DNA of 63,900 nt, the filler included, from Choristocarpus tenellus KU-1152 (taxonomy: Eukaryota > Protista > Phaeophyceae), in assembly GCA_964200185.2 (NCBI GenBank). It is 8 parts of 8 records of this genome, joined end to end, with 100 filler letters (N's around TTAATTAATTAA, not from the genome) between each part and the next. Parts side by side here need not be neighbours in the genome. Positions count along the whole stretch, not along the records: positions 13,067 to 30,663 come from CAXNAD020000655.1; positions 30,764 to 41,691 come from CAXNAD020002621.1; positions 41,792 to 45,518 come from CAXNAD020018276.1; positions 45,619 to 49,905 come from CAXNAD020015285.1; 4 more parts are not named here. One strand, written 5' to 3'. The number at the start of each line of letters is the position of its first letter. Position 1 is the stretch's first letter. The notes under the pieces are model-generated. The model was not told the origin of the DNA. It ran no database searches and saw nothing but the letters and a program-made list of their open reading frames with translations. Below, in pieces: positions 26,248 through 47,643 of the stretch. The translations under genes were made by a program, and so were the position numbers.

Positions 26248-27746
26248 ATGGACAGCGGAATAGGATGCACAACAGACCTAGAGTGGAATCACGGCGAGGA
26301 TAGGGAGGGAGGTGCAGCTTCCTTGTCCTCCCAACTTACCATTGCGGGTCGTGAAGGAGGCAACCTTGACAGCATGGAGGATATACTGGATACAAATGAA
26401 CATGTATACATTGCATAGTTCAAGAGAGGGCAGAGGGAGGCTGATTTCCTGAACATTGTAAAGTGTGACCATTCCTCATATGTACTTCCTTTTGCCCAAT
26501 GGATTGTTCGCTCTATAGAGAGCGTTCACAGTATTTTCGGAGATGAAAACACTCAATGTGCGACTAGTGCAAGGTTAAAAGAACAGGTGGTTGTAACTAC
26601 AAAACATGTGCGATTTATCTGCATTCAAGAGAGGGCAGGCTCATTCCAGTAAGATATCCCGGAAGTACAAATAAATCATGTGATGAATGGGAAAATATAG
26701 AGGATTTCATAATGACACACTCTACTGTTGATGTTATGCACAGGAAGTATGTATCCGCCAAAAAGGGCACTTTTCGCAGAAGTCCACCTGTCTTTGCCCA
26801 CTGTGCTGTTTTTCTCCTCCTCTGCGCACTCAATGATATTTCTATTGGAGCAGGTGCTCAGAGAGTTGCAGGAGTTTACTGAACTTGCACGCCAGGCTGC
26901 AATACAGAGCGAGGCAAGCTTCAGGAGATAAATCAACAGCCCAATCATTAAGTAGCATCTGCTGGCCTGATACTTGACTGCACCATCTCACCTTTCATAC
27001 TTGTTCATTGTTGCCCTGCGCCAAACTGCATCCTTCAGAATCTGTCCAGAGATTTGTCAGATGAGAAGCGCCGGTCATCCCAGGCTAGACACAAGCTAGA
27101 CCAATATAAGCAGGCAAACGCTGACTTGCAGGAGTCTCTCGATATGTCAAGAGAAACTGTAAGAAAGGAAGGGGCGTTATAAGGGATGAGGATAGATTTT
27201 AGAGGATTCAGTACAGCTTTGGCAAATGCAGACAAGCTTTTCGTAGCCAGGTGGCTTTATTTTCCTTATTGTTTCTCAACCATAAGGAGTCACAGCCACT
27301 ATTGCAGAGAACATTCAAATGTACAGGTTGTCACAAAAATGATATTTGAATACATAAATACCTAGAAAAAGAAGTAGAGTTGTTCAGACTGCGGACCTTA
27401 GGAACTGCTTCTGCTAAACATAGGACATGCACAATGTAATAGACACTTTCTTATCTCTGATGCAGCTGTGAGCATGGATCCACTATTGTGAGCCTCAAGT
27501 TCACACTACCCCCAAGAACCCCCCCCTAAATCAGCTTCAGTTCTTACCTATTGAAAACACACCATGCAAGGTTCTGAAGCTGAGGGAGCATGAGAGGTGT
27601 TGGGCTGAGAGCACGGCCTCTGAGATGACCCTTAGGACCGAGCTGTGTGGACTCAAGGATATAGCAGGGGCTGCTGCTGCAGAAATTGAGACACTTCGAA
27701 GGCGATGCACTGCTCTGGAAAAGGAGAACACAGAGCTGGGTGCCAG
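26248..27746 (+). CDS. Uncharacterised coiled-coil protein, first four exons (partial)
   Basis: Exons 26248-26403, 26854-26913 (GC donor), 27039-27158 (NLSRDLSDEKRRSSQARHKLDQYKQANADLQESLDMSRET) and 27571-~27746 (...AAAEIETLRRRCTALEKENTEL) join in frame. The product is heptad-like and E/K/R/Q-rich. Confidence 0.65.
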
Positions 27747-28999
27747 GCACGCACACTATTCTTGTTCCCACTTCTGCTGACTTAATTTATTTTTCCTACC
27801 ATTTATTTCTTACCTGTGAAGACAGGAGGATGTGTTTCGAGATAATGAAAAGGGGTGTCATGGTCAGTGGAGCCATGCCAAGAATGAAGGTTACAGATTA
27901 TGATACAAAGTAACGTTTTGACCGACGACATAAGTGTCGATGTATCCCACACGGACCCAATAGAATGCATAAATTCCTGTGCTTGCATGAGCTTGGCACA
28001 TCTCAGAATCAGAAGAAACATTGAAACATGATGCACAGTAATGCAAGCATATACCACATACATACACATATATCTATACATGCATACCTAAAGTGTGCGT
28101 ATGTATGTGTGTGTGAACATGGCCAATGATGTTCTCTACTACCTGGTGTGATATCATAGTAAACATCTCCCTTATCTCTTGTGATCTTGAGTTTAGCTTT
28201 TTCTGACTTTTGATATGAAGATGACAGACAATGTATGCTTCAAGATCACCCCAGCGATCTGGTGACAGCAGGCTGTTGTGTCACAAAACTGATGAATCTT
28301 GAAGAAAAGTTCTTTACATCATCACTCAACTACATTTCCACCTTCCAAACCTTCTTGACAATGTTCTGTTAGTTTCTTCCCTACCATATAGGAATTTCAT
28401 TCAAATCTCATGGTCATGATTTTGAATATAGCTACACCAAAAGTCGAGTTATTTTTATTGATTAAGTTCTAACTATTTGTTCCAAAGATTGCAATGAAAT
28501 CACTCCGGATCCTAGCTTTTGCTTCTAGACTTATCCACAAGCAGTCTAGTATCTCAACCTGCCATTCCAAATCCACAAACAGGAGTTGCATATGCATCTA
28601 AGTATTAAAATCCCCCCTCAAGTCTTATGGATAGTATGTTGTTGTAGAACTTCGCAAACCATGGAACCACCAATGCATATTTTTGTGATGCACACAATTA
28701 TATTCGTGGGCACTTTTTGGTGCTCCAGCATTCGGCCTCTTTTTTGCAATAGGAACTGGATTTACACTTGGAGTATGTGTCAGAATTACTCATAATCTAA
28801 GGCTCTTGACCGTGTCTATAGGGGTTGGACACACATCGCCCTCCATGGACAAGGACGGGCATGTGTGCACCACTATGCAATTCATTACCATTCTTTGTTT
28901 GTCATAGCACACTCTATGGTCATATCATGAAATTTTGCATCCCATCCCCTTAGAATCTCAAGTCTAATGCTACGTATAGTATCTACTATAATGAAATGT

Positions 29000-29830
29000 T
29001 TCTTCAAAAACAGCAGAAAAACATACCCCATGAAGAAGTGTACATATGACTCAGAATCAAGTAGTCAAGTCTCATTCGCTTTAGAAACATATGGGAGAAG
29101 GATTGAACCTTTGATCCACAATAGAGTTTTTTCCATCTCAATGTTTTGGGTAAGTATAAAATAAGTGACAGCTGGGGGGTGTTCCACTAGACTGCCCGAT
29201 CCTCACTGTATTGGATAGAGCTGTCCAGTCTCTAGCCAAGGACATATCCCCTTGAAGTGCGATCCATCTTGCCCATGCCCTCAAGGAGCTCCCGAAAAAA
29301 ACAATATAGCTTTTTTGTAATAACACCTGCAATACCCTCAAACTCCATACAATTCTGCACTTTGTACTTGACGCATTGATTAGTACACTTTTCTATTTCT
29401 GTGAGCAGAATTTCCAGGACATGCTCTCACTGCATGATTCATATCCAGCAAGCACAACCTGGCAAAATTTATATTACCAGCAACGTTTCATACCCCCAAT
29501 ACTCCAGGCATTGTCCACAGCATATATTATGATTTTTTCCTGAAATTTGATTGTCTGTTCCAAAACCTCCAACAGGAATCTAAGAATTTTGATTTTTTTT
29601 CAACTCTAGGACAGAGCTACTGGTCGTTTACTCCAAATCTATTAGAAAGTAGTATGAAGAAAGGGTTGCCCTTATTGCTATGGTCCCTTTGGTTGTTCTT
29701 CAAGTCACATACAAGACAAATCAAATCATGTATTTTGTTTCTTAGGATCGGTTCTCACAGCATCTGTATGCCCGGGATCTTTACATTATAATCATACCTC
29801 CTTACGGTCTCAGGTTTCTGCACACTAGAG
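29000..29830 (-). mobile_element. Decayed non-LTR (LINE) reverse-transcriptase remnant
   Basis: Reading on the minus strand gives, in the expected order, KIPG.. (cf. KSPGPDG), KRPVALS...KI (cf. YRPISL) and VRIGQSSGTPPSCHLF (cf. GV.QG.PLSP.LF), with many stops. Confidence 0.5.
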
Positions 29831-30048
29831 AGGCTACTAACCTAACCCTGCTATCTTTTTTTGAGTCCAAGTCATGCATAGGAGGGAGGGGGGAGTCAAA
29901 CAAACTTTAGTCATTCCAAGCAAAACTATAGCTGACCGCTGAATAGTGGAAAATTTGATACCTACATACCACGCACAGTTTGTAATAAGTCTTGACCAAC
30001 TATCACTGTTCACAAGATCTAATCAAACAATCAGCATCCACAAATATC

Positions 30049-30326
30049 GACTCAAAGTATCTGGGGGGGGGAATGGGAATGGGAGTGAGNNNNNNNNNNT
30101 GTTCAAATGTTGTTATAAAAACGTCTAATTCCACAGCTGTCGTCCAAATTTGTTGGGGGGGGGGGGGGGTGGCGGCTGCCCATTTGGGGCCATTTTTTTT
30201 ATGTAGCGATTTTTGTGTGATTTGGTTGCATACGTTGGATGGGTAATGTAAGTGCACTTTTCCTGCTAATGGCCTGAATGGACACCCTGGTGTAGACCCC
30301 GCCCCCTCCCCCAGATACTTTGAGAT
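30049..30326 (-). mobile_element. MITE family A, composite across a 10-N gap
   Basis: One TIR at 30049; body and second TIR at ~30155-30326. Confidence 0.8.
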
Positions 30327-30627
30327 ATACGAAAATCCTAGTGTTGAAGTGTGTAGGTATTTTCACCCACACCCCATCTTCAAGAGGCTCTGGTACGGGG
30401 AACCATAATAGTACATCAGTACATCACTGTCAGTAGTGGTGTAGCCTCCCACCTACACTTCACGTGGCATTTGGAGCATGTCATAAGCATTATGGTCACC
30501 TGAATGTTGAGGGGCCCCAATGGAGGCAAACATTTTTGGTCACTTTTATTTGTATTTAGTTCCTGTTGTATGAAAGGATGAAAAAAGAAAATCTAGTGTT
30601 GGGGGTTGGAGGCTAACCTTGACATGA

Positions 30628-30972
30628 GGGTCAAAGTATCTGGGGGGGGGGGGGTGGTTTGTGNNNNNNNNNNNNNNNNNNNNNNNNNNNNNNNNNNNNN
30701 NNNNNNNTTAATTAATTAANNNNNNNNNNNNNNNNNNNNNNNNNNNNNNNNNNNNNNNNNNNNAAAAAGTAAGTGGGGGGAGGGGGGGGCCCCGCGGGGG
30801 TGGGGGGGGGGGGGGGGGGGGGTTCTACACCAGGGTGTCCATTTTGACCAAAATCGGGAAAGTGCATTTACATGATCCATCCGAAGTATGTAACCAAATC
30901 ACCCAAAAGTCACGATATGAACAAGTTGCCCCCAAATGGACAGCCGCCACCCCCTCCCAGATACTTCGAGTC
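30628..30972. mobile_element. MITE family A pieces on both sides of a contig spacer (30628-30663 and ~30764-30972)
   Basis: GGGTCAAAGTATCT-G(n) before the spacer; body and CCAGATACTTCGAGTC after it. Confidence 0.8.
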
Positions 30973-32774
30973 GTTCCGCACCTCAATCAATGCAAACAAA
31001 GGGACGGAGGTGGAAGTGTGGTCTGCACTCCTTCTGTGTTGGTGTTTTTATATCTGTGACTCAGACTAACGTGTGGCGGAGATGTTCTTTTCTTCTTCTG
31101 GGGTGTTCCTTGTAACAGTACTCTTCCCTGTGCGCTTGATCCTTGTACCTGAACAGCCAAATCAGTTGAGAGTTAGGCAGGTGTGTACCCTTTTGTATTT
31201 TAAGCCATCTTTCTTCCCCTGTGCAAAACTCTCTATTTAATTGCTTTAGATGCACCATAGTGAATGCAAAGTTGATAACCCCTTCTTCACAAGCAAAGTG
31301 ACTCCGCAATCAAGCAAAGGCTGTTTCTGCAATTGAAAAGATAGCGTCTTTTGGTCCTTTGTTGAACCCTTAAAATGCCACCCTGTCTACCTCTCAATTG
31401 GTTTGGCTCAAAGTCATAACAATGTCTTTGCCCTATCCCCAGCATCCCGACGTTCAGAGAATTACATACACTTGGATGAAACATATCGTGACAATGCTGT
31501 CGAGCGACAATCCTATTGACTAATCCTGTGTCTCACGTGCAACAAAAAATGTATTGGGTGCTACTGTCGACCTACTACACAGGATGAGGTGCTGCAAGGC
31601 GCAATCCTGTGCGTGGGTACCAGAGGGGGCTGGCATAGTGTTCTAGCAGTTGGGAATATACGTGGAACTGTGTATTATTGTAGGTTGAGAGGAAGTCGAC
31701 CCTTAATATTCTAGTGAAGGAGGAGAGCATAGCATCCAGGGGAGGTAATCAAGCAGGGTCCCCATAACACTGGTGGTCGTGTTACGCGAAAGGAAACAAT
31801 ATGTACTTCATAGTATGATGATGCTTGTGATCATCAACATATTATTATGGTACTAAAATTTCCTACTTCTTCTCTGTTCAGCATCGGTTTGAACAGTTTG
31901 TAGACAAGTCTATAAATGTATAAAATGGTATCAGATTTCCATTTTTTTGGAGGGGGTTATTGGAAAACCCCCTGCACTATGATATAAAATCTCGTGAAAA
32001 TCCGATTTCCTTTACTTATTCTATACAAATAGTATGTCGTTTCTTCCAAAGTCGCAAGAAATAAATGCTTTGTTTTCAAGGCATGTTTGTTGTGGCACAA
32101 AGTGTTCGAAGTATTAATAGTATTTAGTAGAGGTATTAGCAACGGTTTCGATGTAGAGAATATATGAAGGGGAACAACGACAAAGTAGTAGTATATTGCA
32201 AACGACCTATTAATGTATTATTTCATAGCATTTTATTGTTCAGTGAGAAAATATCTTTTTCCCAATTTCCATGAAGAAAAGTTTCGTGTCGATCTAGGGT
32301 TGCTTTTTTGAGGGGAGTTGTTGGAGAGGTTCTCTACTTTTTTTTATGTTTTGGAGAGTTTACTACCCTGTTGGTGTATGTATGTAGAGTTTAAATTGGT
32401 AAGTTAGTGATTGTTACAATGAATTGGAAGACAGCAGTTAAAACTTGAAACCAAATCTGTTCTATCAACTATATGTGAAGTATAATTTGGGTAGGATGGG
32501 GTTCGAACGTTCGAACGAGCGAAATTCAACGATCTTCATTCAAGGCACTAGATTCTCTTTCACCACCCCCTACCAACCCACAACAACACACACATCTCAA
32601 CAATTCAAAATGTGTATGATCTACTATATTCTTGAATTTTTCATGTGGCTTGTATATTTGTTTGTTTATGCACATAATATACTTGTAGTTGAGATTAAGA
32701 GATGTCTAACCCTAACCCTGAACTTTTTTCCGTTCCCACCCTGTTCTCCACACAGGTACGACTCACCTTGAAAA

Positions 32775-40831
<8,057 letters not shown>

Positions 40832-42332
40832 GTGTGATGGGTTATGATGTGCAGTTGCTCAATCTGTTACACGTTGGCCAAGCTGTTGACCTTTTTGAGG
40901 TGCATCTTCCGTTGGTCTGAAATATATGTCTCCCTTTTTTTTCTGTAATATGCTTATTGTTCAGGTAGGTCTTGATTAATAGAGGGTGTAGGGGGAAGTA
41001 GCCTTTTGGTAGGTACTTGTTTGGTGATGGGAGTGTAGGTAGTTGATGAAGAGGTGTGTGAAGGGAATGTTTAATGCCTGTGACTGAAGATGGTCTGTAG
41101 TGTTGAGTCGGAAGATGTTGCCATTATTGACAAATTACAAACATGAAATGTTGTCTTTTTTTTGTCTGTGAATAAAAGTTACCATTTTGTATGTTGTTGA
41201 ACAGCACGTTATGAAGTGGTGGAGAAGACAATGAGAGTTTTTGATGACAAGAATGATCCTCATGCCCACTGTACGATCACATTTGACACTTTTCATAAAC
41301 TTTGAGTTTACTCTGCATTGTTTTGTGCATGAAGTGTCTGTGTCACACACAGTACAGTCCAAGTATATGCATTAAGATATGATTATGGGATGGTGTCATT
41401 GTGGGATCTTGAAGGCTTTGGTGATTATTGCATTGAAAGGGAGTTATACATTCCACGAACCTTGGCAATATTTTGGGCTGTGACTTGTCCTCTGAACTGA
41501 AAGAGTGATAAGCAGAAGGATTATCTGAACTGATTGGCTTATCTAGCAACGTTTCAGTTAAGCAATCTGGGTCGTATTTGATAGTCTTTTGAACCTTTCA
41601 GTACTGTCTCTGAAGACAACCCCCCCCCCCTCATTGTTTTTAATAAAAAATTTGGGATTGGAGGGGGGAAAGTTCTGTGCGGAGGGGAAAANNNNNNNNN
41701 NNNNNNNNNNNNNNNNNNNNNNNNNNNNNNNNNNNTTAATTAATTAANNNNNNNNNNNNNNNNNNNNNNNNNNNNNNNNNNNNNNNNNNNNCCTTCTTTC
41801 GGGCTTCAGAGCCCTTGTACCCCAACTCTAACACCTTCTTTCTCGTTTCCTTATGCCACTCTGGCTCACATATCTTCCAAACAGCCAGGGCCTGCTGCAA
41901 TTGCTGACTACTAAGATATTTTACACCCACGTTTTCGATAGCACGCAGTGGAACTACTCTCCTCCCCAACCTTCTGTTTGGTCGGCCACCCTCGTTCTCC
42001 CTTCGCCCACCGTGACCAGGCATCTGTTCGATTAGATTCTTCCAACTCTAACGGACAGTTGCGGTAAACTGTATATGGAGTAAGAGAACAATCAATAGTG
42101 ATTTAAGTTATCAGGACTTTTTATTAGTGATTACCTATATGAGAAATTTTCTCATGCAAAAGGAAATATTCCAGATATTTTTGGGGTGCTACATTCCCCA
42201 CTTAGCTTTAATCAATGACTCTACGGACATCAAACAATCTCGCTGGGTTTATCACCTTCATTCCCTTGGATGATTTGGGCGATACATTAACACAATATAT
42301 TGAACCTTAGGTTTCTAACCAATCATTTCATC

Positions 42333-44840
42333 ATGGCTAAACATGGAGATGAGATTCTACCTGTTCCTGCCGAGGGCCCATCAATTCAAGAATTGCGGGA
42401 ACCTGCTCCTGCCGAGGTTCCATCTATCGAAGAATTCCGACAGTCCATGGCAACGGTAGCGGATTTGTCAAGAAACGTCGGCAATCTCATGTTGCAGTCT
42501 GATAGAGTCGGCGACGGAAATTATCCCGTCGTCCAGGCCGTTGTGCCCAGCACACGGCCTCCGGCTGGGCATATACCAGTTGAAGTGGGTCCTATGGAAC
42601 CCGTGTTGAGAGAAAATTTCCCAGAGAGGGAAAACAGTTCGATTGCTGTGAGCATCAGAAGTGGGGCAAGCCGGAGGTCCGGTTCTTCGGAGAGTCCACC
42701 AAAATTATTGGACGACTCGGACTACCGGGACTGGTGGAGGCGTTTCATCGTGCATTGCCGATATACTCACTGCCTGGATGCATTGACGAGTGAAATACCA
42801 GTCAACCAAGAACGCTCCTATGAGGAACTCCTCTCGGATGGCTTCAGTGCCAATGATATCTGGATGGCCGAAGAGGCTTATCATGTAACTTACTATTGCT
42901 CTTGTGGCACCCACCACCAGGGCTCTGTACTATACGCACCAAAGCCCGAGCGAGCTTTTCCGACCAATGGATGATTGGTTCATGCCTATTTCAGTGGGTA
43001 ATAGCCAACATTTGTTCCGTGAGGTTTTCTCTTCGAAGGTGGAGAAGGGGGCGAATCCGATCCCGACCTTAAAGCACCTGGAAGAGCTACGGGGGAGGAT
43101 GCTATCAATGGACCAGGTCATCTCGGACAAGCTGCTGTTCCTACAGTTTCTGAGTGCTCTCAGATCAGATTACGATACCGAGATACGCATGATGGCCTCG
43201 CCAAGGACACTATGTCGAGCAGACGTAGAGAAAACTGAGAGACATATGCTTCCCTTCATGAGGGGAAGAAGTCAAGACACAACAGCAGCAAATCTTTGTT
43301 TTTTAGTAGTTCATCACATAGGAAGAGTCCGTCTCATCGCAACGACCAAGGTCGTAGGGTCGAACGTAAATTTCATGATGGAAGAAAGGAATATGGTTCT
43401 AATTCCAACCCTAAAATATCCAAGAAGATTCCTTGTGAGAGGTGCGGTAAGAATGGACACGAGAAGGGGACCTCCCCAACCCGCATTTGCATCGAGTGCA
43501 ATGGACGTGCCCATGATGCTGCAACATGTACTTCTGTGTTTATGGCCACGGTGGTACCTGGGAGGAAAAGAACGTCACGGAGGTAGAATCTTCCACATCA
43601 CTGTGGAAAGTGCGACCAGCTGCGACGACAACGACCGGTACACACTACTGGCCGCCACTGAAGACTCTTCGAGCAGCTATTCTGCAGGCAAGTGTGGGGT
43701 AAACGAATGTTTGGTGCCAAGTGTTGGGATTGGCCACGAGAAAGAAGAATGAATTTTCGACAGTGCGGCGTCATGTCATATGATGACAAATATGATTAAA
43801 TTCATGACCAATTACAAGCCTTGCCAAGGAGATCGAAAGGGGTCGCTGCCAGACAGAATTCCTTTTACATCGCTGGTCATGGTGACTGAAAGTATCTTAG
43901 AGGGTACGAGTTTTGCCCTGTTTGTCCATTTGGGGCTTGGCTTCCCATGGAGTATTTGTACGACATTTTCCTACTCCAAACTGTTTCGGAGTAGGTAAGA
44001 TATGTATATTATGAAAACGTGCGTCCGGAACAATGATGTTGACACTTCCTAACAAACATGATAGCCAAAATTACATCAAAATCGCAACATTGGATTTTGT
44101 CCCCTATATGGACGCGGCTCTACCTTCTAAGATACTCTGGCTCTGGTAATATAATCATCTTGTTTCCCTCATGTGACAACAAGGAAGTAGAGATACTCCT
44201 TCAAAATGTCGCCCATGTCCCAGATCTTGGATTCAACCTTTTTTTCTTGCCAAGCCGTAGAAGATATGGGTGCGAAATGCACATGCACAGCCAGTACATT
44301 TTCGTTACTAGATGGAAACTAGTCTTCGCAAGAGATCCTGGTTGTAATTATACCCTCCATGGTCAATACATATTGCCTTGATCGGGTCGAAATGCTGCAG
44401 TTGCTTTAAAGGCCACCATAACCCCCTCGCTAGCACCTCACACTCCCCACACCAACGTCGACATCAACCTCTTCCACCGCTCTTATAGCCACACACCCGA
44501 GGCATTACTCAAGTCCACCGCCACTTCAATGGGCATTACATTGGTGGGTGAGCTGGAACCATGTGCAGGAAGCTCCATAAGCAAAGGGTATACGGAAGAG
44601 TGTCCGGCCCAGCACGTCTACAAGGGCAGTGAGAAAGCTGGGTCGGGGTTTTGTCGATCTAAATGGGAAGAGGGTTACCCTTTCAATCGGCCGTAAACAA
44701 TACACCATGATAATCCGGGACGACTATGCTCGTTTTGTTTGGTTGTACTTCCTTCGTGCTAAGTCGGATGCCGCCGAAGCCTTCAAGAAGTACCTGACCG
44801 ATATCTGGGCTGACTGACGGTACTCCCTCTCAGGTCATGT
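42333..44840 (+). mobile_element. Degenerate Ty1/Copia LTR retrotransposon (gag-protease-integrase), interrupted by a MITE
   Basis: Frameshifted gag (WWRRF...LDAL), two zinc knuckles (CERCGKNGHEKGTS, CIECNGRAHDAATC), protease E*IFDSAASCHM, pre-integrase DINLFHRSYSH and integrase VDL.G...YTMIIRDDYARFVWLYFLRAKSDA. The order is Copia-type, with several stops. Confidence 0.92.
43884..44143 (+). mobile_element. MITE family B nested in the Copia protease region
   Basis: Both TIRs present and TGGT on both sides; removing it restores IAGHGNIII. Confidence 0.9.
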
Positions 44841-44960
44841 GCGTGTTGAGAAACTTGGCGAATGTAAGGCTCGTCGCCGAAAGCTAGTAGTTGAGGAGTT
44901 ACATGGTAAAACATAAATATTGAATATTAATTACCCACTGGGCCTTTGTCTTAGCCATTA

Positions 44961-45219
44961 GAGTCAAAGTATTTTAGAGGATAGAACCGCGTCCATTTCG
45001 AGACCAAAATCCAATGTTGCAATTTATTTGTAATTTTGACTATCATGTTTGTTAGGAGATGTCAATATCCTTGCTCCGGACGCACCTTTTCATAAGGTAT
45101 ACATTCTACCTACTCCAAAATGTTTCGGAGTAGGTAGAATGTCAATAAAAACCAGTGGGAATCCAAGTCCCAAATGGACAGAGAGGGAAAACCTCGTACC
45201 CTCTAAGATACTTTCACCC
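44961..45219 (-). mobile_element. MITE family B, full copy
   Basis: GAGTCAAAGTATTTTAGAGG ... CCCTCTAAGATACTTTCACCC. Confidence 0.88.
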
Positions 45220-45618
45220 ATCAATTATCTCTGATATTGATGAACATGTAAGATACCATGTGTGTTCCATTTTTTATATAATACGATTGTTTGAGAGGTA
45301 ATACTTGTTTTCAGCAAGGGGAGAATGTTGAATAACCTAATGTTATCCTTACCTTATATATCCTGATACAAGTATATAACAGAGGATTCATGTACGTTTA
45401 TCATTGGTTCGGTACAATACAATGTAGTAACGTGCATAGCGATATCATGGGTCAGTCTTTGATTATGCATTTTATTATTATGCCCTCTGACATTTTGCAG
45501 ATGTGTCAGGGGGGAAACNNNNNNNNNNNNNNNNNNNNNNNNNNNNNNNNNNNNNNNNNNNNTTAATTAATTAANNNNNNNNNNNNNNNNNNNNNNNNNN
45601 NNNNNNNNNNNNNNNNNN

Positions 45619-45683
45619 ATGGGAAGTCAAGCCCCAAATGGACAAACAGGGCAAAACTCGTACCCTCTAAGATACTTTCACTC
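45619..45683 (-). mobile_element. MITE family B terminus at a contig start
   Basis: CCCCAAATGGACAAACAGGGCAAAACTCGTACCCTCTAAGATACTTTCACTC. Confidence 0.85.
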
Positions 45684-46578
45684 ACCAGTATAAAAAAACG
45701 TTATTTGAGGTCACAGTCATCATGTAAATAGGCTGATTGCCCTATGGTGCCTGCCGATTTTCTTGTGTATGGCCTTAGAGCAACAGAACAGGTGGTGCAA
45801 AATGCAAGTTTAGATTGGAGTCCAGAGGCTTACTGCTGTCGTGGGAAAATGGTCCATGGGATCAGAATTGAGCGCCTTCTTTGTCTAAATTGATAGGCTG
45901 CGGAATGCTAGGACCCTGATCTCTCCCATGCACCACCCACACAGTGTTGATAAGTTGTGAGGGCTTTCGCTAGGAATGCAGCTAAGAGTGACATAAAAGG
46001 TGAAATCTTGACAGCCTAAGAACCGATCTTTGTTTCCTATCTACAAAAAAAAATTAAGAGTCCACGTAAACAAGAAGCACCCAGAGTTGCAATTTTAGGA
46101 TCTGGAAAATACTGACAAAATTCGTTTGTTTGTTTTTACAAATGTGTATAGGATATTCTCTGAAGTGGCCGTCGGAATTTTCCAAACAGTAGACAAATAA
46201 GCGGTATCAGGTCAAACTTTGAAGCTTCATCCATAAAAATATTATTGAATTGCTAAAGATTCAAAAACAGACTAAAAAATGCAAAACGTCCTAAACCTGA
46301 GTACCTCTCGTTTACTTTGACTCGAACAGCTCGAAGCAGTAAACTTTTGAACTGCATTGAGAGCGGGCAAACACCCACTCTTGTGTAACCTTTGATTGTT
46401 TTTAATTTCAACTGTGATTACGGCTATCATATGATCATGGTTACAGTTATGATAATATACTTGCACAGTCAACACTGACAATAATACGATTTTTTTTCTT
46501 TCTTCCCTTACCAACATACCTCTCGAACTTGCCCTGTTCTTCCACTAAACAAAACAAAATGTTGGCGGAACTCTTCAG

Positions 46579-47643
46579 TTCTCTTCAATACCTTCCACGG
46601 TCAGCGGTCTAAAAATGCTTAGAGAGTTATCCGCAAGGAGGTGAGAAAAACAATAAATCGTAATCTTGCAGAGAGAGGACAGTGGATTTCTTGGATACGA
46701 AGTTTTTGTATTGTAAACTTCAAGTGACGTGCTTTTTTTATTAATGTGAATTTGCCGCTGATGAAAATACATTCAATACAACTCATGCATGCAAAAGGCA
46801 CTCCAAACGAGGGTCAAGATAATACTTACACTTGACTATACAGGAACTGTGGGTATGCTACAATACACCTGACAACCTCAGACACATATCATGATGACAA
46901 GAAAGTGTGAAAGCCCCTCAGCTGATAAAAACAGGGTGCCATACTTGGGTGAAAAGGGAAGGGGATAAACACAACGACTAGGGTCTGATGACTGCATTTG
47001 TGTTTTCCCACGATGAGACTTGTTTCAGCATCTCAAAGAGGAACAGCCTGCGTTTCAAATCCGTGCACAACAACATTGCAGCCGTGATATTTCCAGATGT
47101 ATCGTTCATTTTCTTCTGTTTTTTTTTTGACAAAGACGAATGTTACAGCGTGATCCCTATAGTATGATATGTGTCCTCCCCTACAGCATACCAAATAAAA
47201 ACCCCACAAAAAAAACGGATGCGGTCTGTATCGTTACCTCTACATACTTCCAAGGTTTGATTATGGGGTACAGAAGCTACATGAAGAGCATCATTTACAC
47301 CACAAAAAAGAACATTGTATACTTGAAGGTGTTGCTGGCCAGCCAACAGAATCTCCCTTCATCTAGCAGTGACTGGTATAACTTCCATCCAAGCAGCAAT
47401 GCCATTGACCGTTCTGCATGTGCCGGGCACATGCCCTCCCCCCCCCCCCCCCCACACAGGTGCAAGGCACTCAAGTCTCTACCACCAGAGATAGCAGACT
47501 GCCAGAACTTGAAGGAGCTAGATGTACGATCAGAGAAGAAGCAAACGTGCAAAATGACCCCTGAGTTTATGGCTGTGCTGAAAGAGCGCAAGTGTGTCAT
47601 ACGGGGAGGTGTCCAGAAAAAGGGCAAGGGCAAGAAGAGGTAG
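46579..47643 (+). CDS. Last two exons of a second (intracellular-type) LRR protein
   Basis: Exon 46579-46640 (FSSIPSTVSGLKMLRELSAR) joins in phase 2 to exon 47460-47643 (CKALKSLPPEIADCQNLKELDVR...GGVQKKGKGKKR*). Confidence 0.75.

Noticed and set aside
32501-32516. Palindrome GTTCGAACGTTCGAAC upstream of PRMT3 as a heat-shock element
   Set aside because: It has only two correctly spaced nGAAn units, which is too little to call.
32706-32720. Interstitial telomere repeat (CTAACC)n
   Set aside because: There are only about two units, and they sit at the branch-point position of an intron.
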